Positions 50,183 to 62,748 of a stretch of 64,000 bases of DNA are shown here, piece by piece. This stretch comes from Rhabdothermincola salaria (GTDB lineage Bacteria; Actinomycetota; Acidimicrobiia; Acidimicrobiales; Acidimicrobilacustridaceae). The notes below the pieces were generated by a model. That model ran no database searches. It was not told the origin of the DNA and saw only the letters and a list, made by a program, of their open reading frames with translations. A program made the position numbers and the translations under genes. Location: positions 248,001 through 312,000 of the forward strand of contig NZ_JAJQXW010000001.1 in assembly GCF_021246445.1 (NCBI RefSeq). The letters are read 5' to 3'. Numbering within the stretch: the first letter of the stretch is position 1; each line of letters starts with the position of its first letter.

Positions 50183-52260
50183 TCAGGGCAGTTGGTGGAC
50201 CACCAACGGGAGCACCCCGGTGGCGCCCGCCTCTCGCAGGAGCACGGCGGCGACGGTCATGGTCCAGCCGCTGCGGTAGGTGTCGTCGACCACGAGCAGG
50301 GGGCCGTCGGGCAGCCGGGCCCCCGGCCGCACCGACATGGTGGCGAGGAGGTGCTCGACCCGGACCTTGGAGGCGGCGTCGTCTGGCGGCGGGGGGCCGA
50401 CCGACTCGAGGACGTCGAGCACCGGCAGCCGGCCCACCCGCCCGAGGTGCTCGGCCAGGCCGGTGATGCGTCCGGTGAGTCGTCGGGAGGGCACCGGGAC
50501 GATGGCCACGGGACGAGCGGGCCAGTGCGCCTTCCACCGCGAGAGCACGTCGACGGCGCCCTGCAGGATGGCGTCCGGGTAGGGGGCGCCGGTGGGCCCG
50601 AGGGCCATCAGCTCGTCGTGCCACCCGGGGGTGTCGGCGAAGGCCAGGGCGCGCCCCTCGTCGGGACCCACGATGGCGCCCTTGCGGCCCACCCCTCCGG
50701 GCCAGCGCTTGCGCGGCACGAGCACCACGTCGGTGCCCCGCAGGAACACCCGGGCCTGCTCGACGTCGGCCGGGTCGAGCTGGCGGGCGGGGGGTGGGAG
50801 CTCGCCGGTGCACACCGAGCAGCGCCCGCACGGTCGAGGGTCCGGGTCGTCGAGCGCGTCCTGGAGGAAGCGCATCAGGCACCCGCGGCCGCGGGCGTAG
50901 TCGCGCATGATGTCGGACTCGCGGCGCCGCACGGCCCGGATCTGGTCCCACTTGGCGTCGTCGTGGTCGTAGCCGGCGCCGGTGGCCCGCCACCCACCCT
51001 GGACGCGTTCGACGGCCCCGTCGACGGCCACCACCCGCAGGAGCTGCTCGATGCGGCCGCGTCGCAGCCCGGTGGCTGACTCGATGGCCGGCACGCTGAG
51101 GGGGCCGTCGGCGTCGTCGAGCGCGGCGAGGGTGGCGGCCACCTCGTCGGGCCGGGGGATGGACGCCGTGGCGAAGTACTCCCAGAGGCGCTCGTCGGTC
51201 TCGGCCGGCAGGAGCACCACCGCGGCGTCGTCGAGCGCCCGGCCCGCCCGCCCGATCTGTTGGTAGTAGGCCACCGGGGAGTCGGGGGAGCCGAGGTGGA
51301 GGCAGAAGGCCAGGTCGGGCTTGTCGTAGCCCATGCCGAGGGCGGAGGTGGCCACCACGGCCTTCACCCGGTTGGCCCGCAGGTCGTCCTCGGTGGCAGC
51401 CCGCTGGGCCGGGTCGAGCTGACCGGAGTAGGGGGCCACGTGGTGGCCCTGGTGGCGCAGGTAGGCCGAGAGGCGCTCGGTCTCGGCCACCGTGGCCACG
51501 TACACGATGCCCGATCCCTCGAGGGTGTGCAGGGCGCGATCAGCCCAGGCGTAGCGCTCGAGAGGGCCGAGGCCGTCGATGACGGCCAGGCGCAGGGAGC
51601 GGCGGGCCAGCGTGCCGCGCAGGACCAGGGTGTGGGCCCCGAGCTGGTCGGCCACGTCGTCGGTGACGCGCTGGTTGGCCGTTGCCGTCGTGGCCAGGAC
51701 GGGGACGCCGTCGGTGGCGGTGAGCAGGCGGGAGATGCGCTGGTAGTCGGGACGGAAGTCGAAGCCCCAGTCGGAGATGCAGTGGGCCTCGTCGATGACG
51801 ATGAGGCCGGCGCCCGCGAGCAGCGTGGCGGTGCGAGCGGCGAAGCCGGGGTTGGCCAGCCGCTCGGGTGAGATGAGCAGCACGTCGAGGTGGCCCGCAC
51901 CCAGCGCCTCGAGGATGTCGTCCCACTCGTCGACGTTGCCGGAGTTGATGGTGGCGGCTCGCAGCCCCGCTCGGGTGGCGGCGTCGATCTGGTCGCGCAT
52001 CAGCGCGAGGAGGGGCGAGACCACGATGGTGGGGCCCCGCCCGTCGGCGCGCAGGGCGGCGGTGGCGGCCCAGTACACGGCGGACTTGCCCCACCCCGTC
52101 GCCTGCACCACGAGCACCCGGGCCTGATCGGCGACGAGGGCCCGCACCGCGGTGCGTTGGTCGTCGCGGGGGCGGGCGTCGGGCCCGGCCATGGCGGCGA
52201 TGACGGCGTCGAGGTGGGCATCGGCGAGGTCGCCGAGGCGGGCCTGGTCGGTGGTGCCCA

Positions 52261-52261
<1 letters not shown>
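50183..52261 (-). CDS. RecQ-like helicase with a C-terminal PRTase-like domain (RqlH type)
   Basis: 'QATGWGKS', 'DEAHCISDWGFDFRPDY', 'ATSALGMG', 'QQIGRAGR', 'CGRCSVC', C-terminal 'LVVDDTYRSGWT'. Confidence 0.9.
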
Positions 52262-54270
<2,009 letters not shown>

Positions 54271-54397
54271 GGCGCCAACCTACCGACGCCGTACGACACA
54301 CCCGCCCGGGCCCGGGCCAACGGTCGTGGGCAGTGGTCGTCCGGGTCGCGTGCTGATGGGCCAAGATGCCAGGGACCCTGCGATCCCGGGAGGCCCC

Positions 54398-55228
54398 GTG
54401 CCCGACGTACCCAGCCTGACCATGAACGACGGACGGATCATCCCCCAGCTCGGGGTCGGCGTGTTCCAGGTGCCGGCCGAGGACACCGAGCGCAACGTGC
54501 TCGACGCCCTCGAGCTGGGCTACCGCAGCATCGACACGGCGTGGGGCTACTTCAACGAGGAAGGGGTCGGTCGTGGCGTCGCCGCCAGCGGCCTGGCGCG
54601 CGACGAGGTCTTCGTCACCACCAAGGTCTGGAACAGCTACCAGGGCCGTGAGAAGACCATCGAGTCGTTCGAGGGCAGCCTCGAGCGGCTCGGCTTCGAC
54701 CGGCTCGACCTCCTGCTCATCCACTGGCCGGCCCCCGCCAACGAGTTGTATCTCGAGACCTGGGAGACGTTCGTCGAGCTGCGCGACAGCGGGCGGGTGA
54801 GCTCGATCGGGGTCTCCAACTTCCAACCCGCCCACCTCGGACACATCATCCGGGAGACGGGCGTGGTCCCCGTGCTCAACCAGATCGAGCTCCACCCCTA
54901 CCTGCCCCAGCACGAGCTCCAGGAGTTCCACCGGGCCCACGGCATCCTCACCGAGGCGTGGGGCCCCATCGCCCGGGGCAAGGTGGCGGACGATCCCACC
55001 CTCGTCGAGATCGGTCGATCCCACGGGGTGAGCCCGGTCCAGGTCACGATCCGCTGGGAGCTCCAGCAGGGCATCGTGGTGATCCCGAAGTCGGTCCACC
55101 GCGAGCGGCTCGCGTCGAACCTCGACGTGTTCGACTTCGAGCTCTCGGCCGAGGAGATGGCGGCCATCGACGCCCTCGACGCCGGTGAGGAGGGTCGCAC
55201 GGGTCCTCACCCCGACACGTTCAGCTGA
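54398..55228 (+). CDS. Aldo/keto reductase (DkgA-like)
   Basis: 'GYRSIDTA', 'TTKVW', 'LIHWP', 'IGVSNF', 'NQIELHP', 'IPKS'. Confidence 0.95.
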   Translation: MPDVPSLTMNDGRIIPQLGVGVFQVPAEDTERNVLDALELGYRSIDTAWGYFNEEGVGRGVAASGLARDEVFVTTKVWNSYQGREKTIESFEGSLERLGFDRLDLLLIHWPAPANELYLETWETFVELRDSGRVSSIGVSNFQPAHLGHIIRETGVVPVLNQIELHPYLPQHELQEFHRAHGILTEAWGPIARGKVADDPTLVEIGRSHGVSPVQVTIRWELQQGIVVIPKSVHRERLASNLDVFDFELSAEEMAAIDALDAGEEGRTGPHPDTFS

Positions 55229-55267
55229 CGCCCGGCTCCCGGGCGTCCCTCACCGTCGACGCTCCGT

Positions 55268-55873
55268 TCAGACCACGTGGGCGGGGGTGCGGGCGTGCTC
55301 CATGCCCAGGGCCACCCGATCAGCGGTCCCGGCGTCGACGAGGCGCTCGACGAGGTGCAGCGCCAGGTCGAGGCCGCTGGTCACGCCGGCGGCGGTGACG
55401 AGCGACCCCGCGTCGACCACCCGGTCGTCGAGGACGGTGGCGCCCGTGGCCGCCAGATCGCCCTTGGCCGCGTGGTGGGTGGTGGCCGGTCGGTCGCCGA
55501 TGACCCCCGCCGCGGCCAGCAACATGGCACCCGTGCACACGCTGGTCATGAGGGCCCCGGCCTCGGCCGCGTCGTGCAGGGGCGCCGACCAGTCGCCCCG
55601 GCGGACCTCGCCCCACGCTCCCCGGTCGGCCTTGCGGGCCCACCCGCCGCCGGTCACCACGATCACGCCTGCGGCGCCCGGTTCGAAGACCCCGTCGGGT
55701 TCGAGGCGCAGGCCGAAGGCGGCGGTGACGAGGCGGGACGGCTGGCGGGTCACCAGCCGCACGTCGAGGTCCGCCCCGGCCGCCACCGCCGCCCGGAGCA
55801 CCTCCAGCGGTCCCACGGCATCGAGCTCGTCGGTGCCGTCGAAGATGCAGATGTCGACCCGCGTGGCGTCCAT
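55268..55873 (-). CDS. DJ-1/PfpI family protein
   Basis: 'ELDAVGPLEV', 'SVCTGA', 'ATTHH', 'TAAGVTSGLD'. Confidence 0.9.
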   Translation of the reverse strand: MDATRVDICIFDGTDELDAVGPLEVLRAAVAAGADLDVRLVTRQPSRLVTAAFGLRLEPDGVFEPGAAGVIVVTGGGWARKADRGAWGEVRRGDWSAPLHDAAEAGALMTSVCTGAMLLAAAGVIGDRPATTHHAAKGDLAATGATVLDDRVVDAGSLVTAAGVTSGLDLALHLVERLVDAGTADRVALGMEHARTPAHVV

Positions 55874-55954
55874 CCCCCGATCGTGGCACGCCACGCGTGG
55901 ACCCGGTCGGGTGGATGGGCGCACCCCATCGCCCCCGAGGGGCCGGTCAGGGCA

Positions 55955-56782
55955 CTAGCGACCCTTGAACTCAGGCGTGCGCTTCTCGGCGAAGGCCCGC
56001 ATGCCCTCCTTGGCGTCCTCGGAGCGCATCACCGGCACCACGTGGGAGATCTCGATGGGCTGGGCCTCGGCCTCGGGGAGCCATCCGGTCTCCACGACCG
56101 AGGCCTTGGCGGCGGCGACGGCGAGGGGGCCGTTGGCGCAGATGACCTCGGCGAGCTCTCGGGCCTTGGCCATCGACGCCCCCGACGGCACCACGTGGCT
56201 CACCAGGCCCCACTGCAGGGCTTCCTCGGCGGTGAGGGTGCGGCCGGTCAGCAACATGTCCATGGCCACCGCGTACGGGATCTGGCGCTTCAGGCGCATG
56301 GTCGAGCCCGCCCCGGCGATGAGGCCGCGCTTCACCTCCGGCACCCCGAAGGTGGCGTGCTCCTCGGCGATGCGGATGTCGGTCTGTTGCAGCATCTCGC
56401 AGCCCCCGCCCAGGCACTGGCCGTTGACGGCGGCGATGATCGGCTTGCGGCACCAGTCGGTGAGCAGCAGGCCGCGGCCGGTGATGCCCGGGTCCGCCTT
56501 CAGCCGCTCCTGGATGCGCTTGGCCTCCTCGGTGACCTCACCCGACATCCACCCGTCGGACAGGTCGCCGCCGGCGCAGTAGGCCTCGGTGCCGGCGCCG
56601 GTGAGGATCACGCAGCGGATGTCGTCGTCCTCGTCGGCCATCGCCCAGGCGTCGGCGAAGCGCACCAGCATGTCGGGCACCAGGGCGTTGCGGCGGTGCG
56701 GGCGGTTCATGGTCAGCACCAGCACCGGGCCGTCGCGCTCGACGAGCAGCGTGGGTTCGGGGGCGGTGGACGGGTCGGACAT
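55955..56782 (-). CDS. Enoyl-CoA hydratase/isomerase
   Basis: 'NRPHRRNAL', 'CAGGDL', 'KPIIAAVNG', 'GGGCE', 'FGVPE', 'EGMRAFAEKR'. Confidence 0.93.
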   Translation of the reverse strand: MSDPSTAPEPTLLVERDGPVLVLTMNRPHRRNALVPDMLVRFADAWAMADEDDDIRCVILTGAGTEAYCAGGDLSDGWMSGEVTEEAKRIQERLKADPGITGRGLLLTDWCRKPIIAAVNGQCLGGGCEMLQQTDIRIAEEHATFGVPEVKRGLIAGAGSTMRLKRQIPYAVAMDMLLTGRTLTAEEALQWGLVSHVVPSGASMAKARELAEVICANGPLAVAAAKASVVETGWLPEAEAQPIEISHVVPVMRSEDAKEGMRAFAEKRTPEFKGR

Positions 56783-56846
56783 GGGAAGCACCTCGGCAAC
56801 GGATCGAACGGGTCGCTGCACCTTGTCACGCCACTACGTTGCCGGC

Positions 56847-57590
56847 ATGGAACTGCGACTCGACGGCAAGGTGGCCCTGGTGACCGGGGCCTCGAAGGGG
56901 ATCGGCGCGGCAACCGCGAGGGTGCTGGCCGAGAGCGGCGCCCGGGTGATGCTCTCGTCCCGCAAGCACGAGCTGCTCGAGGCCACCGCCGCCGGCATCG
57001 ATGGCGAGACGGCGGTGTTCGCGGCCAACGCCGGCGACCCGGACGCGGCGGCAGCCTGCGTGGCGGCCACCATCGAGCGGTTCGGCGCGGTCGACATCCT
57101 GGTCAACAACGCCGCCACCAACCCGTACCAGGGTCCCACCCTCGCCATCAGCGACAGCCAGTTCGACAAGACCGTGCAGGTGAACTGGAAGGGCCCGCTG
57201 GCGTGGTCCCGGCTGGTGTGGGAGGCATGGATGGCCGAGCACGGTGGGTCGATCGTCAACGTGGCGTCGGTGGGGGCGCTGTCGGTCGAACCGAGCATCG
57301 GCATCTACAACGGCACCAAGTCCGCCCTGTTGCACCTCACCCGCACGCTCGCCGCCGAGCTGGCCCCCGGGGTGCGGGTCAATGCCGTCGCGCCCGGGTT
57401 GGTCAAGACCGACATGGCCCGCGCCCTGTGGGAACGCCACGAGGACGCCATCGCCGAGCGCATGCCGTTGCGACGCCTGGGCGAACCGGACGACATCGCC
57501 ACCGCCGTCATGTTCCTCGTCAGCGACGCCGCCTCGTGGATCACCGGCGAGACCCTGGTGGTCGACGGCGGGGTGCTGATGCGGTCCTGA
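56847..57590 (+). CDS. Short-chain dehydrogenase/reductase
   Basis: 'TGASKGIG', 'NNAA', YxxxK 'YNGTK', 'VNAVAPG'. Confidence 0.94.
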   Translation: MELRLDGKVALVTGASKGIGAATARVLAESGARVMLSSRKHELLEATAAGIDGETAVFAANAGDPDAAAACVAATIERFGAVDILVNNAATNPYQGPTLAISDSQFDKTVQVNWKGPLAWSRLVWEAWMAEHGGSIVNVASVGALSVEPSIGIYNGTKSALLHLTRTLAAELAPGVRVNAVAPGLVKTDMARALWERHEDAIAERMPLRRLGEPDDIATAVMFLVSDAASWITGETLVVDGGVLMRS

Positions 57591-57642
57591 CCGCGCCTCG
57601 GTGGCGAGCGCGGCGGCGCCCGGCCCGTTCAGCAGGTCGTCG

Positions 57643-58758
57643 TCACCCGGCGCCGAGCGCCCGGCGGCGGACCTTGCCCAACAGCGTGCGGGGGAGCGCA
57701 TCGACCAGCTCGAGGCGGCGAGGGGCGCAGTAGGCGGGCAGCGTCGCCTTCACCAGGTCGCGCAGCTCGTCCAGCGTCGGTGGGTTTGCCGGGTCCGAGG
57801 GGGCGGCCACGGCGGTGACCACCTGTCCCCAGGTCGGGTCGGGGCGCCCGACCACCGCCACCTCGGTGAGGGCGGGGTGGGTGGCCAGGACCTGTTCCAC
57901 CGGGGCCGGCCACACGTTCTCGCCGCCGCTGATGATGAGGTCGCCGCGCCGGCCCTGCACCTGCAGGCGTCCGTCGGCGCCCACGGCGCCGGCGTCGTCG
58001 GTGTGCAGCCAGCCCTCACCGTCCACCGGCGAGGTGCCGTCGCGGTAGGCCCGCAGCAGCATCGGGCCACGCAGCCAGATCTCGCCGTCGACGATGCGGA
58101 CCTCGACCCCCTCGAGCGGGAGGCCGTCGTAGACGACCCCGCTCCCTGTCTCGGTCATCCCGTAGGTCACGTGGCAGTTGGACGGCACGACCGCAGGGGG
58201 TGCGGATCCCCCGAGCACGATGCGGCGGAAGGCGCGGGGGTCGATGCGCTCGAGGGCGGTGGGCACCAGGCTGGTGAGGGTGGCGCCGCGCCCGGCGGCG
58301 TCGGTGACGGCCTCGGCGTCGAAACGGGGGTGGACTTCGAGGTCCACCCCGAGGGTCATGGCGCGCACCACCAGGGCGAATCCCGCGATGTGCGAGACGG
58401 GGAGGCAGCACAGCCAACGGTCGGTGTCCGGGTCCACGCCGAGGAGGGCGCTGACGGCGCGCGCCGACGCGGCGAGGGAATCGTGGGTGTGCACGACGCC
58501 CTTGGGCACGCCGGTGCTGCCGCTGGTGGCGACGACGGCGGCGTCGCCGGCCGCCACCGGACGTCCGTCGGGGAGGCGGGTCTCCTCCCCGGTGGCGTCG
58601 ACCAGTCGGCTCGGGGCCAGCGCCCGAAGCGTGGCGGCCGCCGCGCCCGGCGGCAGGCGGGGGTCGAGGGGGAGGACGGCGTCGCCCCGGTCCCAGACCC
58701 GCCGGAGCGTGTCCACGAACTCGGGCCCGGTGCGGGCCACGGCCACCAGCTCAGGCAT
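57643..58758 (-). CDS. menE: o-succinylbenzoate-CoA ligase (short form)
   Basis: 'TSGSTGVPKG', 'TYGMTET', 'GRRGDLIISGGEN', 'LPRTLLGK'; men cluster context. Confidence 0.8.
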   Translation of the reverse strand: MPELVAVARTGPEFVDTLRRVWDRGDAVLPLDPRLPPGAAAATLRALAPSRLVDATGEETRLPDGRPVAAGDAAVVATSGSTGVPKGVVHTHDSLAASARAVSALLGVDPDTDRWLCCLPVSHIAGFALVVRAMTLGVDLEVHPRFDAEAVTDAAGRGATLTSLVPTALERIDPRAFRRIVLGGSAPPAVVPSNCHVTYGMTETGSGVVYDGLPLEGVEVRIVDGEIWLRGPMLLRAYRDGTSPVDGEGWLHTDDAGAVGADGRLQVQGRRGDLIISGGENVWPAPVEQVLATHPALTEVAVVGRPDPTWGQVVTAVAAPSDPANPPTLDELRDLVKATLPAYCAPRRLELVDALPRTLLGKVRRRALGAG

Positions 58759-58833
58759 CACCGCCGAGGTTACGGGCGATGCCGACCCGGTCGGGATTCG
58801 GCGGGGTTCTCGGTGACGGGCCAAGCTGGCCGG

Positions 58834-59724
58834 GTGAACGCCTGGATCGAGGGGGCCCGGCCCCGAACGCTGCCCGCCGCCGTGGTGCCGGTGCTGGTGG
58901 GCACGGCGGCGGCGGCCGGCATGGCCGGGCTCGAGGGAGCCGGCAAGGGCATCGTGGCCTGGCGCGCCGGCGCCGCCCTGGTGGTGGCGTTGGCCCTGCA
59001 GGTGGGCGTGAACTACGCCAACGACTACTCCGACGGCGTGCGGGGCACCGACGACGACCGGGTCGGTCCGCTCCGCCTGGTCGGCTCGGGCACCAAGTCG
59101 GCCGGCGCGGTGAAGCGAGCGGCGCTGGTGGCCTTCGCGGTGGCGGCGGTCGCCGGGCTGGTGTTGGCCGCCGCCACCACCTGGTGGCTGCTGGTCGTGG
59201 GGGCGGCGGCCATCGCCGCGGCCTGGTTCTACACGGGTGGCCCCCGCCCGTACGGGTACGCGGGGCTGGGCGAGGCCTTCGTCTTCGTGTTCTTCGGGGT
59301 GGTGGCGACGACCGGTTCCGCCTTCGTGCAGATCGAGGCGGTCACGCCGCTGACCCTGGCCGTCTCGCTGCCCGTCGGGCTGTTGGCCACGGCCTTGTTG
59401 GTCGTCAACAACCTGCGGGACATCCCCGGCGACACCGCGGCCGGCAAGCGCACCCTGGCGGTGCGTCTGGGCGACCAGCGCACCCGGATCTTCTACGTCG
59501 GGCTGGTGCTGATGACCTACCTGTCGGTGCCCTTCATCGCCGGGCTGTCCGCCCGCCCGTTGGCGGCGGCCTCGCTGTTCACGGTGGTGCTGGCCCGTCC
59601 GGCGGTGCAGCGGGTGCTCGAAGGGGCTCGCGGGCCGGCGCTCATCCCGGTGCTGGGGGCCACCGGTCGCCTACAGCTGGTCTTCGGTGTGGTGATGGCC
59701 GCCGGGCTCTGGCTGGGGGCCTGA
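58834..59724 (+). CDS. menA: DHNA polyprenyltransferase
   Basis: 'WIEGARPRTL', 'NYANDYSDGVRGTD', 'NNLRDIPGD', 'GKRTLAVRLG'. Confidence 0.95.
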   Translation: MNAWIEGARPRTLPAAVVPVLVGTAAAAGMAGLEGAGKGIVAWRAGAALVVALALQVGVNYANDYSDGVRGTDDDRVGPLRLVGSGTKSAGAVKRAALVAFAVAAVAGLVLAAATTWWLLVVGAAAIAAAWFYTGGPRPYGYAGLGEAFVFVFFGVVATTGSAFVQIEAVTPLTLAVSLPVGLLATALLVVNNLRDIPGDTAAGKRTLAVRLGDQRTRIFYVGLVLMTYLSVPFIAGLSARPLAAASLFTVVLARPAVQRVLEGARGPALIPVLGATGRLQLVFGVVMAAGLWLGA

Positions 59725-59764
59725 GCGTCGCGGCCCTGAGCGTCGCGGCCCTGAGCGTGGCGGC
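59721..59764. repeat. Tandem 15-bp repeat (x3) starting at the menA stop codon
   Basis: CTGAGCGTCGCGGCC x2 followed by CTGAGCGTGGCGGC. Confidence 0.88.
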
Positions 59765-59768
59765 GCGG

Positions 59769-60677
59769 TCAGGGCGTGGGGCAGAGCACCCTGAGCGCCC
59801 CGGGGCGGATCTCGATGCGGCAGCTGCCCCCGACATCGATGGCCTCGCCGTCGGCGTTGAGCTCGCCCACGTCGCCGTCGAGCTCCACGGTGCGGGCCCG
59901 GGTGACGGTGACCGCGTCGGTGTCGCGACCGGCGGCATGGCGCACCGCCCGCAGACGAGCGACCCACGGTCGGGCCGGCACGACGATGACGTCGAGGGCC
60001 CCGTCGGTGATGTCGGCGCCGGGCACCAGCTCCACTCCGCCGAGGCGGGGGGCGTTGGCCACCGCCAACGCCAGAAGCGGTCCGTCGACGTCGACCGCCT
60101 GCCCGTCGATGCGCACCCGGCTGCGTAGGCCGCGGTACACCGCACCCGTGGCGGCCACCCCGACGGGATAGGCGAGGCGGCCGAGGAAGGGCTTGAGCGG
60201 CGTCGCCCGCTCGGCGCCGAGCACGCCGAGGCCGGCATGGACGGCGTTCACCACCAGCTCGGCGGCATGGCCTCCGTCGGAGACGGCCATCAGGTCGACC
60301 GCCCGCCGGTGGCCGTGGCGCAGCTGGTCGGCCGCCTCGCGGGGCTCGGCGGACATGCCCAGGTGGGTGGCGAAGTCGTTGGCCGTGCCGAGGGGCACGA
60401 ACCCGACGGTCGCGGACGAGAGCAGGCCGACCCGCTCCAGGGCGTTGACCACGACGTGGGCGCTCCCGTCACCGCCGACGGCGACGAGGGTGCGGTCGCC
60501 GAGGTGGCCGAGGGCGTCGTCGAGGTCCTCGGGACTGGAGGTGACAGCCACCTCGGTGGGACCGTCGCCGGCGAGGCGTCCGGCGACGGTCTCGATGAGC
60601 TCGCGCCCGCTGGAGCCGGCCGAGGTCGACCCCACGACCAGCCACCCGCCGCGGCCGGTGGTCGCGCCGTCGCTCAC
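59769..60677 (-). CDS. Diacylglycerol kinase family (YegS/DagK-like) lipid kinase
   Basis: 'GGDGS', 'PLGTANDFA', 'NADGE'. Confidence 0.9.
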   Translation of the reverse strand: MSDGATTGRGGWLVVGSTSAGSSGRELIETVAGRLAGDGPTEVAVTSSPEDLDDALGHLGDRTLVAVGGDGSAHVVVNALERVGLLSSATVGFVPLGTANDFATHLGMSAEPREAADQLRHGHRRAVDLMAVSDGGHAAELVVNAVHAGLGVLGAERATPLKPFLGRLAYPVGVAATGAVYRGLRSRVRIDGQAVDVDGPLLALAVANAPRLGGVELVPGADITDGALDVIVVPARPWVARLRAVRHAAGRDTDAVTVTRARTVELDGDVGELNADGEAIDVGGSCRIEIRPGALRVLCPTP

Positions 60678-61819
60678 AGGAACCGCCGTACGCCGGCGGC
60701 CACCTTGTCGAGGGCCACCCGGTGCAGGGGTGGGTCGACCCAGCGCTCCGCGACGACGATCTCGGAGCGCTCGAGGTCCTCGTCGAAGTCCTGGTCGAGT
60801 CGGGCGGTGAGGCCAGCATCGTGGATCACCAGGCTCACCTCGTCGTCGCGCTCCATCGAGCGCCCGTTCATGTTGGCCGAGCCGATGACAGCGGTCTCGC
60901 CGTCGACGGTGATCACCTTGGTGTGCAGCATTGTTGGCTGGAACTCCCGGATCTGCACCCCGGACGTGGCCAGATTCGCGTAGGAGGAGCGCGACGCGAC
61001 CAACGACACCCGCTTGTCGATGTTGGGACCGGGCACCAGGATCTGGATGTCGACATCACGTCGCGCCGCCCGGACGAGGAGATCGAGGAACTCCTCGTCG
61101 GGGGAGAAGTAAGCCGTGGAGATGCGCAGGCGCCGCTCGGCCGAGGCGACGAGGACCCGGAACAGGTAGCCGACGTCGGACCACACGACGCTCGACTGTC
61201 CGTGCACGACGTGCACCGTGACGTTGCCTGCGGGCTCGGGCAGGGGACGAGAGGGCTCGGCGAGGAAGACCTCTTCGGTCTCGGACCAGTTCTGGATGAA
61301 CGCGGCCCGCAGGCTGGCCACCGCGGGCCCCTCGACGCGGGCGTGGGTGTCGCGCCACTCGTCGGGGCCGCGGGCGTCGCCCTCCCACTCGGCGGCGATG
61401 CCGACGCCCCCGGTGAACCCGATCTTGTCGTCGCAGACCAGGACCTTGCGGTGGGTGCGGTGCTCGATGGTGCGGAAGCGGAAGCGCGACAGCGGGGGTC
61501 GGAACAGTCGGACGTCGGCCCCTGCTCGGGCCATCACGTCGACGAGGTGCTCGTCCATGCTGCTGGCCCCGATGGCGTCGAGCAGGACCCGCACGGCCAC
61601 CCCGCGGTGCGCCGCCGCGCTGAGCGCGGCGGCCATCCGTCGGGCGATGTCGCCCGTCCAGTACACGAACGTGAGCAGGTCGACGGACTCCTCGGCCTCG
61701 TCGATGGCCGCCAGCATGGAGGGGAAGATCTCGTCGCCGTTGCGCAGGAGGTCGATGCGGTTGCCATCGGTCGGTGGCGTGCCGAGGGCGGTGGTCACGA
61801 CGTCGGACAGTCGGGTCAA
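60674..61819 (-). CDS. Phospholipase D family / cardiolipin synthase (ClsB-like, no N-terminal TMs)
   Basis: Two HKD motifs, 'HRKVLVCD' and 'HTKVITVD...GSAN'; TTG start with SD AGGAG. Confidence 0.88.
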   Translation of the reverse strand: MTRLSDVVTTALGTPPTDGNRIDLLRNGDEIFPSMLAAIDEAEESVDLLTFVYWTGDIARRMAAALSAAAHRGVAVRVLLDAIGASSMDEHLVDVMARAGADVRLFRPPLSRFRFRTIEHRTHRKVLVCDDKIGFTGGVGIAAEWEGDARGPDEWRDTHARVEGPAVASLRAAFIQNWSETEEVFLAEPSRPLPEPAGNVTVHVVHGQSSVVWSDVGYLFRVLVASAERRLRISTAYFSPDEEFLDLLVRAARRDVDIQILVPGPNIDKRVSLVASRSSYANLATSGVQIREFQPTMLHTKVITVDGETAVIGSANMNGRSMERDDEVSLVIHDAGLTARLDQDFDEDLERSEIVVAERWVDPPLHRVALDKVAAGVRRFL

Positions 61820-61869
61820 GGTCTCTCCTGGGCCGCGGGGCGTCGGTGGGGCGTTGGCCGTCCGGCTTC

Positions 61870-62667
61870 CTACCCGGGCGGGGGTGGCGCCATCCCTGGG
61901 TGGGTCCGCAGCCAGCGTCGCACGATCGAGGCGGTGTCGCCGGGGTTCTCGAGGTGGGCGGAGTGGCCGGCCCGGGGGACGAGGGCCACGGTCGTGTTGG
62001 GCCCGATGGCCTTGGCCATCCGGGCGGCCACGGCCGAGAACTTGGGGTCGTCGACCCCCGCCAGCACCAGGACGGGCATCGAGAGGCGCGGCAGGTCGTC
62101 CCACAGCGGTTCCTGGGTCCCGGTGCCGGCGAGGCGCAGGCTGGACGCCAGGCCCTCGGCGGTGTTGGCCAGTCGTGCTCCGAGGTGTGCCGTCTCCGGT
62201 CGGAGTCCCGCGAAGAGCGGCTGGGCCAGCCACTCGTCGAGGAAGGTCGCCACGCCCACGTCCTCGATGTGGTCGGCCAACTCGTCGTCGGCCCGCCGGC
62301 GCTGCGCCCGCTCCGTCTCGTCGACGATGCCGGCGGTGGCGCCGATGAGGACCAGCCGCTCGACCAGCTCGGGGGCCTGCAGGGCGAGGTGGAGCGCGAG
62401 CCGTCCTCCCATCGAGTAGCCGAGGTAGGTGGCTCGACCTCCGGCCTCGCCCAGGAGGCGGGCGCCCGCCACGAGGTCGGCTCGGATGTCGACGGCGCGT
62501 CCGTGCCCGGGGGCATCCACGGCGACGACGTCCAGCTCACGGGCGAGGTCGTCGGCGAACGGTGACCAGCAACGGCTCGTCTGGGTGAAGCCGTGGACCA
62601 GCACCAGCCGAGGGGCACCGTCGGGACCTCCGAGGTGGTCGACGGGCAGCGAGGCAGGGTCGGACAC
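61870..62667 (-). CDS. menH: SHCHC synthase-like alpha/beta hydrolase
   Basis: 'HGFTQ', 'GYSMGGR', 'WLAQPLF', 'DPKF', 'AGHSAHLE'; divergent from menD. Confidence 0.85.
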   Translation of the reverse strand: MSDPASLPVDHLGGPDGAPRLVLVHGFTQTSRCWSPFADDLARELDVVAVDAPGHGRAVDIRADLVAGARLLGEAGGRATYLGYSMGGRLALHLALQAPELVERLVLIGATAGIVDETERAQRRRADDELADHIEDVGVATFLDEWLAQPLFAGLRPETAHLGARLANTAEGLASSLRLAGTGTQEPLWDDLPRLSMPVLVLAGVDDPKFSAVAARMAKAIGPNTTVALVPRAGHSAHLENPGDTASIVRRWLRTHPGMAPPPPG

Positions 62668-62748
62668 GCGGGCGACTGTACGCGCCGCCACCACGAGGGC
62701 CCCGGCCGACGCCGAGTGGGGCCCGGCCCGCCCCGTAGGCTGCTCGCC

